This document shows positions 36,195 to 45,487 of a DNA stretch of 64,000 nt, in pieces (positions within the stretch are counted from its first letter, which is position 1; each line of letters opens with the position of its first letter). Made by a program: the position numbers and the translations under genes. The stretch comes from Candidatus Sericytochromatia bacterium (GTDB taxonomy: Bacteria; Cyanobacteriota; Sericytochromatia; S15B-MN24; UBA4093). Where the stretch lies: positions 160,001-224,000 of the forward strand of contig JAKFBU010000027.1 in the NCBI GenBank assembly GCA_036676985.1. Reading direction: 5' to 3'. Under the pieces are notes generated by a model that did no database searches, had not been told where the DNA came from, and saw nothing but the letters and a program-made list of their open reading frames with translations.

Positions 36195-37502
36195 ATGCAA
36201 GCAGATATCATCCTCATCACCAACGGCCCCGGCGAGCTCTCCACGTGGGTCAAGCCCATCGTTCGCCAGCTCCGCGCGGAGTTGCCCACCGCCCGCCTGA
36301 CCATCGCCCTGGTCCCCTGTCCATACGCCAGTGGGGAGGAGCGCCGCTCCATCGAGGCCTGGGGCGTACCGGTGAGGGTCTGGGACCCCTCGGAGACCGT
36401 GCGCTACCTGCTCGGCGGCCGCATGCCTTCCAATGATGCCCTGCGGGACTACGGGACGGTGCTGTTCCTCGGTGGCGACCAGATCTTCGGCGTCATGATG
36501 GCCCACCGCACGGGCTATCCCCTGCTCTGCTACACCGAGACGACGGGCCGCTGGGCGACATGGGTCGATCGCTTCCTCATCAGCGATCGCAAGGCCTTCC
36601 TCAACCTGCGCAGCAAGCGCATCCCCCCCCGCAAGCTCGCCATGGTCGGCAACCTCATGGTCGATGCCGTCCGGCCCAACTACGACCCCAACGACGTGCG
36701 CGCCCGTCTGGGGCTGTCGTCCGAAGCCCCGGTGGTGGGCCTCCTGCCGGGGAGCAAGCCCTTCAAGGTCAAGTACATCACGCCGCTGCTGCTCAAGGCC
36801 GCCGAGCTCCTGTGGGAAGAGGATCCCTCGGTGCAGTTCGTCTTGCACCAGTCTCCCTTCACCCCCCTGACCCAGATCGCCCAGACCCTCCAGGACGAGC
36901 GGCTCCAGAAGGTGACGGGCGGATGCGGCGGGCGCCTGGTGACCGTCAAGGACCAGACCTACATCTTCACGCCCAACGGCGCCCAGATCCAGATCCTGGG
37001 CCCCGAGCACCACTACCAGGGCATGTCCGTCGCAGATCTGGCGCTCACCGTGCCTGGCACCAACACGGCCGAGCTCGCCATCCTGGGCGTGCCCATGCTC
37101 GTGCTGTTGCCCCTCAACAAGCCCGAGGAGATCCCCCTGGACGGCCTCGCAGGCCAGATCGGCGGCCTGCCGCTCATTGGCAAGCCCCTCAAGCGTATGG
37201 TCGTCAACGGCCTCGCCAAGCGCCTCAAGCTCATCGCGCTGCCCAACCAGCGCGCAGGCTCCGAGATCACGCCCGAGCTCAAGGGCGTCATCACTCCGGA
37301 AGACGTCTTCAAGGCCACCAAGGCCCTGCTGGACGACGCCGAGCGCCGCCGGCAGATCCGGCTGGATCTGTACCAGGCCATGGGGTATCCGGGGGCTGCC
37401 GCCGCCGTCGTGGCCATCGTCCGCGAGACGCTCGCCAACACCGCCCGGCACATGCCCCGCCTGTCCCCGCCCGCCCATCAGGAGCAACAGGAACCCAACT
37501 AG
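36195..37502 (+). CDS. Lipid-A-disaccharide synthase (LpxB)-like glycosyltransferase
   Basis: NGPGE, FLGGD, VGNLM.D, LLPGSK, PGTNTAELA.LGVP, ALPN......I.PEL. Confidence 0.8.
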   Translation: MQADIILITNGPGELSTWVKPIVRQLRAELPTARLTIALVPCPYASGEERRSIEAWGVPVRVWDPSETVRYLLGGRMPSNDALRDYGTVLFLGGDQIFGVMMAHRTGYPLLCYTETTGRWATWVDRFLISDRKAFLNLRSKRIPPRKLAMVGNLMVDAVRPNYDPNDVRARLGLSSEAPVVGLLPGSKPFKVKYITPLLLKAAELLWEEDPSVQFVLHQSPFTPLTQIAQTLQDERLQKVTGGCGGRLVTVKDQTYIFTPNGAQIQILGPEHHYQGMSVADLALTVPGTNTAELAILGVPMLVLLPLNKPEEIPLDGLAGQIGGLPLIGKPLKRMVVNGLAKRLKLIALPNQRAGSEITPELKGVITPEDVFKATKALLDDAERRRQIRLDLYQAMGYPGAAAAVVAIVRETLANTARHMPRLSPPAHQEQQEPN

Positions 37503-39241
37503 TGACCCCGGCCTCCAACCTCCTGCGCTGGGCGCGGCTCATCCCCTACGTCAGGCCCTACGGGCTGCCCCTCATCGGGGCCATCGTCGCCATCCTCGCC
37601 ACCTCCGTCTCCACGCTCGGCACCATCCCGGTCGCGCGCCAGGCGGCTCTCACCTTCGAGCATCTCAGCCTCGAGCGCCTCAACGCCCTCATCGTGGCCT
37701 TGATCGCGGTCTACGCGGGCAAGAGCCTCTTCAGCTGGCTCGCGAACCTGGCGGCCTCCTACGTGGCGCTGCGAGCCGTCGCCGACCTGCGCACCGCGCT
37801 CTACGGCCACCTGCAGGAGCAGGGCCTCGACTTCTTCGAGCAGCGCGCGGCGGGTGATCTGTCCGCCCGGCTCGTCAACGACGTGAACCTCCTCAAGGAC
37901 GCACTGGTGGTCGCGACCGCCGAGCTCACGCCGAGCCTCTTCATCGTCGTGGCGGCCTTCGGCTACCTGTTCGTCCTCAACTGGCACCTGGCGGCCCTCG
38001 CCGTCATGGGGATGCCCCTCGTCGGGTGGGCCATCGGCCAGTTCGCGGGGCGCCTGCGGACCTGGTCGGTCGATACCCAGGGCCGGGTGGGCGACATGCT
38101 GGCGTACCTCAACGAGCGGCTCTCGAACGTCCTATTGGTCAAGAGCTTCGGTCAGGAGCGTCACGAGGCCAACCGATTCGCCGACTACAACCGTCGCCAC
38201 TTCTTCGCGACCTTCCGGAGCGCGCAGGTCCAGGCCCTACAGACCCCGGTGGTAGGCTTCCTTCAGATCATCGCCATCGGCGGCGTGCTGTGGCTCGGTG
38301 GCTACGAGATCCTGACGGGCCGGCTGACGGTGCCGAACCTGCTGGCCTTTGCGGCGGCAGTGGGGGTCTGCATCGACCCGGTGCTCGTGGTCTCGAACGC
38401 CGTGGGCAAGATTCAACAGGCCTCGGGCGCCTTGGAGCGCATCTTCGAGCTGATGGACGTGCAGCCCAAGCTGGTCGAGGCACCCCATGCCCGCGAGCTG
38501 GAAGATTTTCGAGGGGACGTGGCGTTTCGGCGGGTGCGCTTCAGCTATGACGGCCAGCAAGACGTGCTGGCGGGCGTCGACCTCGAGGTGCCCGCAGGCT
38601 CGGTGCTCGCCCTCGTGGGGCCGTCCGGCGGCGGCAAGACGACCATCACCAAGCTGCTGCAACGCATCTACGATCCGACGGACGGCGCCATCCTCCTGGA
38701 CGGCGTGGACCTGCGCGACCTCAAGCTCGGGTGGCTCAGGGGCCAGATCGGCTACGTCTCGCAGGACAGTCCGGTGTTCGCGGGCACCATCGCCGACAAC
38801 CTCCGCTACGGCCGGCCCGACGCCAGCGACGCCGAGATGGTGGCGGCCGCTCAGGCCGCCAACGCCCATGGCTTCATCACCGCTCTGCCCGATGGGTACC
38901 GCACGGAAGTGGGCGAGCGCGGCGCCACGCTCTCAGGTGGACAGCGTCAGCGACTGGCCATCGCCCGGGCGCTCCTGCGAAACCCGCGGCTGCTCATCCT
39001 GGACGAAGCGACCTCTGCGCTCGACGCCGAGTCCGAGGCGCTCGTGCAAGAAGCCCTGGAGCACCTCATGGCGGGGCGCACGACGCTCATCGTCGCCCAC
39101 CGCCTCGCGACCATCCAGCGCGCCGACCGCATCGTGACCCTCGCGGACGGCCGGATCCGCGAGCAGGGCACCCATCGTGAGCTGCTCGCGCAAGGAGGGC
39201 TGTATGCCCAGTGGTATGACCGCCAAGCCCTCGCTCGGTAG
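37502..39241 (+). CDS. MsbA-like ABC exporter (TMD + NBD)
   Basis: GPSGGGKT, LSGGQRQR, LILDEATSALD; GTG start overlapping the upstream stop. Confidence 0.92.
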   Translation: MTPASNLLRWARLIPYVRPYGLPLIGAIVAILATSVSTLGTIPVARQAALTFEHLSLERLNALIVALIAVYAGKSLFSWLANLAASYVALRAVADLRTALYGHLQEQGLDFFEQRAAGDLSARLVNDVNLLKDALVVATAELTPSLFIVVAAFGYLFVLNWHLAALAVMGMPLVGWAIGQFAGRLRTWSVDTQGRVGDMLAYLNERLSNVLLVKSFGQERHEANRFADYNRRHFFATFRSAQVQALQTPVVGFLQIIAIGGVLWLGGYEILTGRLTVPNLLAFAAAVGVCIDPVLVVSNAVGKIQQASGALERIFELMDVQPKLVEAPHARELEDFRGDVAFRRVRFSYDGQQDVLAGVDLEVPAGSVLALVGPSGGGKTTITKLLQRIYDPTDGAILLDGVDLRDLKLGWLRGQIGYVSQDSPVFAGTIADNLRYGRPDASDAEMVAAAQAANAHGFITALPDGYRTEVGERGATLSGGQRQRLAIARALLRNPRLLILDEATSALDAESEALVQEALEHLMAGRTTLIVAHRLATIQRADRIVTLADGRIREQGTHRELLAQGGLYAQWYDRQALAR

Positions 39242-40070
39242 CCGCCTGCCCGCCTGGGCCTCGCTGCTCGCCCTCCTGTGCGCCTTCCTCGTCTTCCTCG
39301 TCGCATGGGGCCTGGTCCTTTTCCTCGGCTTCCGGTTGGACCCGGGGCTCCTGGGACACCTCCAGGACGTCCCACAGCGCGTCCTCGACGTGTACACCAT
39401 CGGTCTCTACCTGGGCCTCGTCCTGCTCATGGGGCTCTACTGGTCCGGCTTCGAGGGTCGGCATTGGCGGGATCTCGGTCTGGCGTGGCCGCCGCGCCAG
39501 CTCTCGGAAGGGCTGTCGCTCGGCCTGGGCGGCCTCGTCACCATCTACGGCATCGCCACGCTCGCCGGCTGGGCCCGCTACATGCCGCCCGCCCAGTGGG
39601 CGCTCGGACTGGTGCTGATCGACGTGGCGGCGGCCCTGGCCATGGCGCTGGCCGAGGAGGTGCTGTTCCGGGGGATCCTCCTGCGGACGCTCTTACGGGA
39701 TGTGCGGCCGGCCGCGGCCATCGGGGTCAGCGCCGTCCTCTACGCGCTGGCGCACTTCGTGCGCCCGGGCATGACCCTGGAGACGAGCATCCTTCCCTTC
39801 TTGGGCCTATCGGCGACGGGCGTCCTGTTCGCCTACGCGGCGTGGTCGCGCGGCTCGCTCTGGCTCTCGACGGGCATGCATGCGGCGTGGATCTTCTTCA
39901 TCACGCTCTCGAGCCAGCTCAACCTCTGGTACTACGACCCGGCGGGGAAGCCCTGGACGGGCAACGGCTACCCGCCGTCGGGCGCGCTCGCGGCCCTCGT
40001 GATGATCGGATGCTTCCTCCTGCTAACGCTCAAGAGCAGGCTTGCGGGACGTCAAACCCCCCATCACTAA
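39204..40070 (+). CDS. CPBP (Abi/CAAX) intramembrane metalloprotease
   Basis: EEVLFRG, YALAH, SLW...GMH; AAGGAGG RBS before 39204. Confidence 0.88.
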   Translation: MPSGMTAKPSLGSRLPAWASLLALLCAFLVFLVAWGLVLFLGFRLDPGLLGHLQDVPQRVLDVYTIGLYLGLVLLMGLYWSGFEGRHWRDLGLAWPPRQLSEGLSLGLGGLVTIYGIATLAGWARYMPPAQWALGLVLIDVAAALAMALAEEVLFRGILLRTLLRDVRPAAAIGVSAVLYALAHFVRPGMTLETSILPFLGLSATGVLFAYAAWSRGSLWLSTGMHAAWIFFITLSSQLNLWYYDPAGKPWTGNGYPPSGALAALVMIGCFLLLTLKSRLAGRQTPHH

Positions 40071-40265
40071 CCACGCCCCGGCGGGGGCGTGTCGGGAGCG
40101 TCCTGCTTCGCCACGGTGGCGGCGGCATGGGGCCGGTCAGAGCAGCGCCACGTCCAACGGGCATGGGGCCTCCAACGTCGTTACGGGTTCTACCCTGCTC
40201 GATTGCGTGGCCTGACCACGAAAGAAGCGCCGGCACGACGGCCGGCGCTCGAGGGATCGATGGGA

Positions 40266-40532
40266 TTAGCCGGACGGCGAGTGATCCGTCGGCTCGCGGA
40301 AACCCAGCGTCTCGAAGTGCAGCCGGGGCTCTCCGCCCTCGGTCTCTTCCAGTGGAGCCGGGATGGTCTGGTCCGCGCTCAGCTCGGTCATCTCGGCCTC
40401 GGGGTGCTCGTGGTGACGAAAGGCCGCTTCGGATTCCCAGCCGGGGTTTTCCGACACCAGCCCATCTGCCCGTTCCTTGTCGATGATGTAGCGCGAGTCG
40501 CCCGCCCCGGTACCGTCAATCACCCGTTTCAT
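40266..40532 (-). CDS. Small acidic hypothetical protein
   Basis: AGGAGGAGG RBS; followed by a terminator-like hairpin + T-rich tract at 40220-40250 on the - strand. Confidence 0.6.
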   Translation of the reverse strand: MKRVIDGTGAGDSRYIIDKERADGLVSENPGWESEAAFRHHEHPEAEMTELSADQTIPAPLEETEGGEPRLHFETLGFREPTDHSPSG

Positions 40533-40635
40533 CGCTCGTCCTCCTCCTGTGGCTCGGAGTTTGGACCCACCCTATCCCACGCGGATCACCGGGTCAACAG
40601 ACGAATAGGGCGCACCCCGCTTCGGAGAGCGGCGT

Positions 40636-42171
40636 TCAGGGACGCTCCACGAGGCGCCAACCCCCAACTTCCGCCACGAGCCGATCGCCTGGGCGCGCCG
40701 CCAGGTGTTCCGCCTTGCCGACGTACCAGCCCCGGGGACCATGGGGGACCTGAGCCGGCTCCACCACGTCGAGGGCCCCCGGCAACCGGAAGCGGAGGGC
40801 CGAATAGGTGCAGAAGTCGCGGCCCAGGCCGCCCGGCAGGACGAGGTGAGCTTCGGCCGCGGCAGGCACCTGTGCTGCCGCTTGCCGTACGGCGGGTACG
40901 GCATCCCACAGGTGGAGGAGCTGGGCGGCCGCGACGAAGCTCAGGCCCACGCCCGCAGCCAGGCGGAACGCGACTCTCGCGCGATCCATGCGGCGCCAGC
41001 ACGCCCAGCCGCCCCACGCGAAGCTCAGACCGAGGGCGCCAACGGCGACGAGCGTCCATGCGGGCTGGGGGACCTCGAGCGGCAGCCGCATGAGCGGGAT
41101 GGCGACGACGGCAGCGACGACCAGGAGACTCAGCCCGAGATAGGACCCGCCGATCCAGCGATCGCCGGCGCGGGGCGGCTCCTTGACCCAGTCGGCCACG
41201 AGCAGGGCCACGGGCAGGAGCAGGGGCAGCGCATAGTGTTCGAACTTGGTCTGCATCAAGGAGATGACGACCAGGAAGACCGTCAAGAAGCTCGTGGCCA
41301 GGAACGCTGCGCCATCCCCCGCCCGCGCCCGGCGGAAGCCGGCCAGCACCGCAGCCGGGATCACGAGCGACCAGGGCAGGAAGGTCCCGAGCATGTGGAC
41401 GAGGTAGAAGGCCGGACCGAGCGGATCCTTGGCGAAGAGGCCCGACTGGGCACGCTCCAGCACCTGCTGACCCAGGTGGATCCGCCAGAAGTCCGCGCCG
41501 TGCATCCCGTGCATGGCCCCGTACCAGGCGATCGCGGGCAAGAGCCCGACGACGAGCCCCAGCAGGAGCGAGCGATCCGGCCAGCGACGGCGCCAGAGCA
41601 GGTAGGGCAGGCATGCGAAGGCGATGAGGCCTGCGAGCGCCCCCTTGGCCAGGATGAGCGCCCCGAGGCTGGGCCCCACCAACCATCCGAAGCGGCGATC
41701 GCGGGTCTGGCCGAGCAGACCGAGCACCATTCCCGCAAGGGGCACCAGCGCGGGCACATCCAGCATGACCTGGTGCCAGACCTGGAGGAAGAGGCCTGTT
41801 GTCGCCGTGACGGCCCCGGCCACGAGCGCCGTGCGGACGTCCCGCCGGACGAGCCAGGCGATTCCGGCCGACGCCAGCACCACGAGCATGCCCGCCAGGA
41901 GCACGGGTAGTCGCGCCTGGAAGTCGCCCACGCCGAAGAGCGAGAAGGAGGCGGCGACGAGCCAGAAGAGCAGCGGAGGCTTCTCGAAGTTGGGGCCGCC
42001 GGCGTAGTGCGGCGTGATCCAGTCGCCGGTCTGAACCATCTCCTTGGCGATCTGGGCGTAGAACGCTTCGTCGCAGCCCTTGAGGCTCATGGCGTCCGAG
42101 CCCGCGAAGGCCAACAGCAGGGTGAGGAGGGCCAGCGCCCAGGGTGCGACTCTAGAGGAACTGAGCGGCAT
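40636..42171 (-). CDS. ArnT/PMT-family (GT-C) glycosyltransferase
   Basis: DEAFYA..AKEM..TGDW.TP, EKPPL.FW, ARLP, LAKG, K..HY.LP. Confidence 0.9.
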   Translation of the reverse strand: MPLSSSRVAPWALALLTLLLAFAGSDAMSLKGCDEAFYAQIAKEMVQTGDWITPHYAGGPNFEKPPLLFWLVAASFSLFGVGDFQARLPVLLAGMLVVLASAGIAWLVRRDVRTALVAGAVTATTGLFLQVWHQVMLDVPALVPLAGMVLGLLGQTRDRRFGWLVGPSLGALILAKGALAGLIAFACLPYLLWRRRWPDRSLLLGLVVGLLPAIAWYGAMHGMHGADFWRIHLGQQVLERAQSGLFAKDPLGPAFYLVHMLGTFLPWSLVIPAAVLAGFRRARAGDGAAFLATSFLTVFLVVISLMQTKFEHYALPLLLPVALLVADWVKEPPRAGDRWIGGSYLGLSLLVVAAVVAIPLMRLPLEVPQPAWTLVAVGALGLSFAWGGWACWRRMDRARVAFRLAAGVGLSFVAAAQLLHLWDAVPAVRQAAAQVPAAAEAHLVLPGGLGRDFCTYSALRFRLPGALDVVEPAQVPHGPRGWYVGKAEHLAARPGDRLVAEVGGWRLVERP

Positions 42172-44548
42172 GGGTGGCTATGGCCTCCGAGGCCCCGGCG
42201 GGCCCCATGCGCCGCAGGCCATTCTGGCGGATGCGCTCGAGACGGGCGGGATCCAGGAGGATGCTCCAGGTCTCGCTCGCCACTTCACCGGGATCGGCCG
42301 GCACCAGGCTGATGGACTCGCCCAAGAGGCGCGCCTGGGACTGCGCGAAGGCGGGGTTGAACTGCGGGCCCTTGCCGGGGAACGTCACGACCGGCAGGCC
42401 GCGTCCCACGCACTGCTCGTTGGCGGTTCCCGCCATGCCCACCACCAGCTGCACCGTCGCCATCCAGTCGCCGAAGTGACCCCGGCAGAGGCGCAGCGTC
42501 AAGCCATTGGGGCCCACCAGCTGCTCCTCGGCCGCATCGAGGACCCAGCCGCGGGCGGTTGCAGCCCTCGCCAGGCGGTGAACATCGAGGCTGTCGGCGA
42601 TGGCGGCATAGTAGTCGACGGCGCGCCCCTGCGGCGCCCGCTCCGCGATGGCCGAGCAGCACTCCAGCAGGTCGGACAGGTTGGCGATCGCCTCTTCCCG
42701 GCTACCCGGCAAGATACCGATGCGCCAGGCCTCCGGATCGACGGGCCACGGACGCCCGTTGGCCTCCAGGTCGTCCATCATGGGGTTGCCGAGGTCGTGC
42801 GCCCGGAACTCGGCCTCCGAGAGCGTCTGGTAGGTGGCCGAGTCGCGCGGGTAGATGGCCAGGCAGCGCGGATGGTGCATGTACCAGCGCTCGAGGCCAT
42901 TGTAGTGGGAGAGGCTGCCCACCAGGTACTGAGACGACTTGGCACACCCCACGAAGACGAAGCGAGCGTTCGAGAGCCACGCGAAGTAGAGGGGCACCAC
43001 GTCGCCCACGGCCACCACCAGGTCCACCTCGTCGCGCAGGGAGCGGACGGCCATGAATTGGCGGAGGGCGAGGCCCAGGAGGCCCTCGCTGAGGTCTGCC
43101 CAGATACCGCGCCGGCTCCGCAGGCTGAACCCGCCGGACGGCATCTCGCGCGTGGGCCCGACCACCGGGATCCCCGCGCTCCGGAAGGAGCGGCCCTCGC
43201 CCACGATGGGCAAGGCCCACAGCTCCACGTCGGGCGAGGTGAAGCGTTTGGCGATCGCCACCGCGATCCGGTCCTCACCGTACCCGTTGCTGATGAAGAG
43301 CACCCGCCGGGCCTTGCGGACCGGCTTGGGGCGGAAGCGTCGCATGGCGACGAGCATGCCGAGCATCGAGAAGAACAGGATGCTGTTGCGGCCCTCGGTG
43401 AACAGGAAGTCGAAGAGGCCGATGAGCATGTAGCCCACGATGGTGCAGCCGAGGATGATGACGTGCCGGCGCCAGGGCGTGTCGGAGGTCGCCCGGATGG
43501 TCTTGATCACCAGGGACAGGAACACGCCCAGGAGGACGCCGAGGACGATCAGGCCGAACTCGGCGCCGATCATCAGGTACATGTTGTGGGCGTGCGGCAG
43601 CTCCTCGAGGATGTTCGGCGCCTCGAAGCGCGGGTACACCACGGGCCAGGTGCCGGGCCCCCAGCCCGTCAGGGGGCGTTGCAGGATCATCTCGAGCGCG
43701 CTCTTCCAGACAAGCACGCGGTTCTTGTTGCTCTGAAAGTCCGCGTTCATGAGCGTCTGGAGGCGGGGCAGCAGGATCTGCCACAGGGAGATGAGGGAGA
43801 TCGTCATGCCCCCAAAAAGGGCGATGAGGATCCGCCGATCGACCAGGAGGCCGATGAGCGTGAGCGTGGCGGCCGTGGCGATCCAGCCCGAGCGGGACGT
43901 GGTGAGCACCTGGGCCAGCATGACCAGGCCGAGCCCGCCGGCCACCAGGTAGCGCCGCCGCCCTCGCTCGTGGAGGAGCAGCATGAGCCCCAGCCCGCTC
44001 ACCAGGAGCAGGTAGGCCGAGAAGATGTTGGGATGGTAGAAGACGGACGCCGCCCGGTGGTCCCAGGTGCCGAGCTGCAGGCTGATGCCGCCCGAGTTGT
44101 AGGTCCAGTAGGTCTTGGTGGCCACCAGCACGATGCCGAGGATGGCGAAGACCACCGTCGACCAGAAGAGGTTGCGGCAGAGCGCCCAGATGCGCTCCGG
44201 GGTGTCCAGCACGAGACCGACCACCCAGATGACCGTGAAGTACCCCCCGAACAACAGGAGGGACACGGAGCTCACCAGGGGCGTGACGCTCGTGCAGACC
44301 GACAGTGCCACCACGGCCATGAGCAGGGCCCAGCTCTTGGCCGGGACGAAGACTTCGGTCCGCCGCTTGCGCGAAGCGAAGTAGATGCCTAGCCCCAGGA
44401 GGATGAGGGCGCTGATGGCCGACATGAGGGGCAAGAGGAAGTAGGCGGCGTTGAAGAGGATCCAGCATGCCCGGGGAACGTCGGAGGGTCCCCGGTCGGC
44501 AGGCGTGGTGGTCGAGCGCTCGGGCGCGCCCGCGACGGTCTTCACCAT
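42152..44548 (-). CDS. Fusion of O-antigen ligase-like membrane domain and LpxB-related glycosyltransferase
   Basis: N half: F.HPN, T.SRSGW, PLTGWG.G, HAHNMYL...AE.G; C half: ISNGYGED, P.VGEG, PSGGF, AVGD, GNPMMD, LPGSR, GMAGTANEQ..G.G.PV. Confidence 0.85.
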   Translation of the reverse strand: MVKTVAGAPERSTTTPADRGPSDVPRACWILFNAAYFLLPLMSAISALILLGLGIYFASRKRRTEVFVPAKSWALLMAVVALSVCTSVTPLVSSVSLLLFGGYFTVIWVVGLVLDTPERIWALCRNLFWSTVVFAILGIVLVATKTYWTYNSGGISLQLGTWDHRAASVFYHPNIFSAYLLLVSGLGLMLLLHERGRRRYLVAGGLGLVMLAQVLTTSRSGWIATAATLTLIGLLVDRRILIALFGGMTISLISLWQILLPRLQTLMNADFQSNKNRVLVWKSALEMILQRPLTGWGPGTWPVVYPRFEAPNILEELPHAHNMYLMIGAEFGLIVLGVLLGVFLSLVIKTIRATSDTPWRRHVIILGCTIVGYMLIGLFDFLFTEGRNSILFFSMLGMLVAMRRFRPKPVRKARRVLFISNGYGEDRIAVAIAKRFTSPDVELWALPIVGEGRSFRSAGIPVVGPTREMPSGGFSLRSRRGIWADLSEGLLGLALRQFMAVRSLRDEVDLVVAVGDVVPLYFAWLSNARFVFVGCAKSSQYLVGSLSHYNGLERWYMHHPRCLAIYPRDSATYQTLSEAEFRAHDLGNPMMDDLEANGRPWPVDPEAWRIGILPGSREEAIANLSDLLECCSAIAERAPQGRAVDYYAAIADSLDVHRLARAATARGWVLDAAEEQLVGPNGLTLRLCRGHFGDWMATVQLVVGMAGTANEQCVGRGLPVVTFPGKGPQFNPAFAQSQARLLGESISLVPADPGEVASETWSILLDPARLERIRQNGLRRMGPAGASEAIATHAAQFL

Positions 44549-45378
44549 CCGAGCCGTGCCGCCGCGCGGATCATCGCCTGTTCCCGGTCGGATAGTCCGC
44601 CCCGGTACCGCTCCTTGAGCCGCAAGAGCCGCGTCTGCAGGGCGACGCCCACCCGCAAGCCGCCACGCACCAGCCCGGTGGCCCAGGGGTAATGCTTCTG
44701 GGTCAGGATGACGCTGCCCCGATAGCCCTCGGCGATGGCGCGGGCCCGTACCTCCAGGTCCGAGCGGGTCGCATGCCCCTCGATGTGGCGCACCCGGACG
44801 CCCGGCAGGCAGACGAGCTTCCAGCCGCCCTTGCGCAGGCGCCAGGAGAGGTCGAGGTCCTCGTTGTAGAAGAAGAAGTCCTCGTCCAGCCAACCGACCG
44901 CCTCGAGGGCCGTGCGGCGCAGGAGCAGGCACGTCCCGGGCAGCCAGCTCATGGGCACGACGGCGGGGTTGAAGCGGCCAGCCAGGCCAAGCTTTGGACC
45001 CTGCGGACGACCATCCGGCCAGCACATGAGGGGAGACAGGGCGCCGACCTCCGGATGCGCGTCGGCGTGGGCGACCAGTGCCGCGAGCGCCTCCGGCAGG
45101 AGGGTGACGTCGTTGTTGAGCAAGAGGACGTAGCGGCTCTCGACGGGACGGGCCCCGAGGTTGCATGCCTTGGCGAAGCCGAGGTTCTCGGAATTCTCCA
45201 CCACCGTGACGTCGGGGAAGCCCACGCGCACGCGCTCGACGCTCTCGTCCTGGGAGGCGTTGTCGACCACCACCGCCCGATAGCGCAAGGCACCCGCCGC
45301 GGAGGGCAGGGCCGAGAGACAGGCTTCGAGGACCGAGGCGCCGTTCAGGTTCGGGATGACGATCGCGACATCTAGCAT
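44542..45378 (-). CDS. Glycosyltransferase family 2
   Basis: VVDNAS.D, NLGFA.ACN.G, LLNND, DE.FF.Y.EDLD. Confidence 0.92.
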   Translation of the reverse strand: MLDVAIVIPNLNGASVLEACLSALPSAAGALRYRAVVVDNASQDESVERVRVGFPDVTVVENSENLGFAKACNLGARPVESRYVLLLNNDVTLLPEALAALVAHADAHPEVGALSPLMCWPDGRPQGPKLGLAGRFNPAVVPMSWLPGTCLLLRRTALEAVGWLDEDFFFYNEDLDLSWRLRKGGWKLVCLPGVRVRHIEGHATRSDLEVRARAIAEGYRGSVILTQKHYPWATGLVRGGLRVGVALQTRLLRLKERYRGGLSDREQAMIRAAARLGW

Positions 45379-45487
45379 ACGAGCCTAACCAGTGTACTTC
45401 ACTTGAGGGCTGCTCTCAAGCGTCAAAGCGCGATCGGACGCGCCTCGGACGCCTCTTGGTCACGGTTGCGTGGTATACTCCAGGGCT

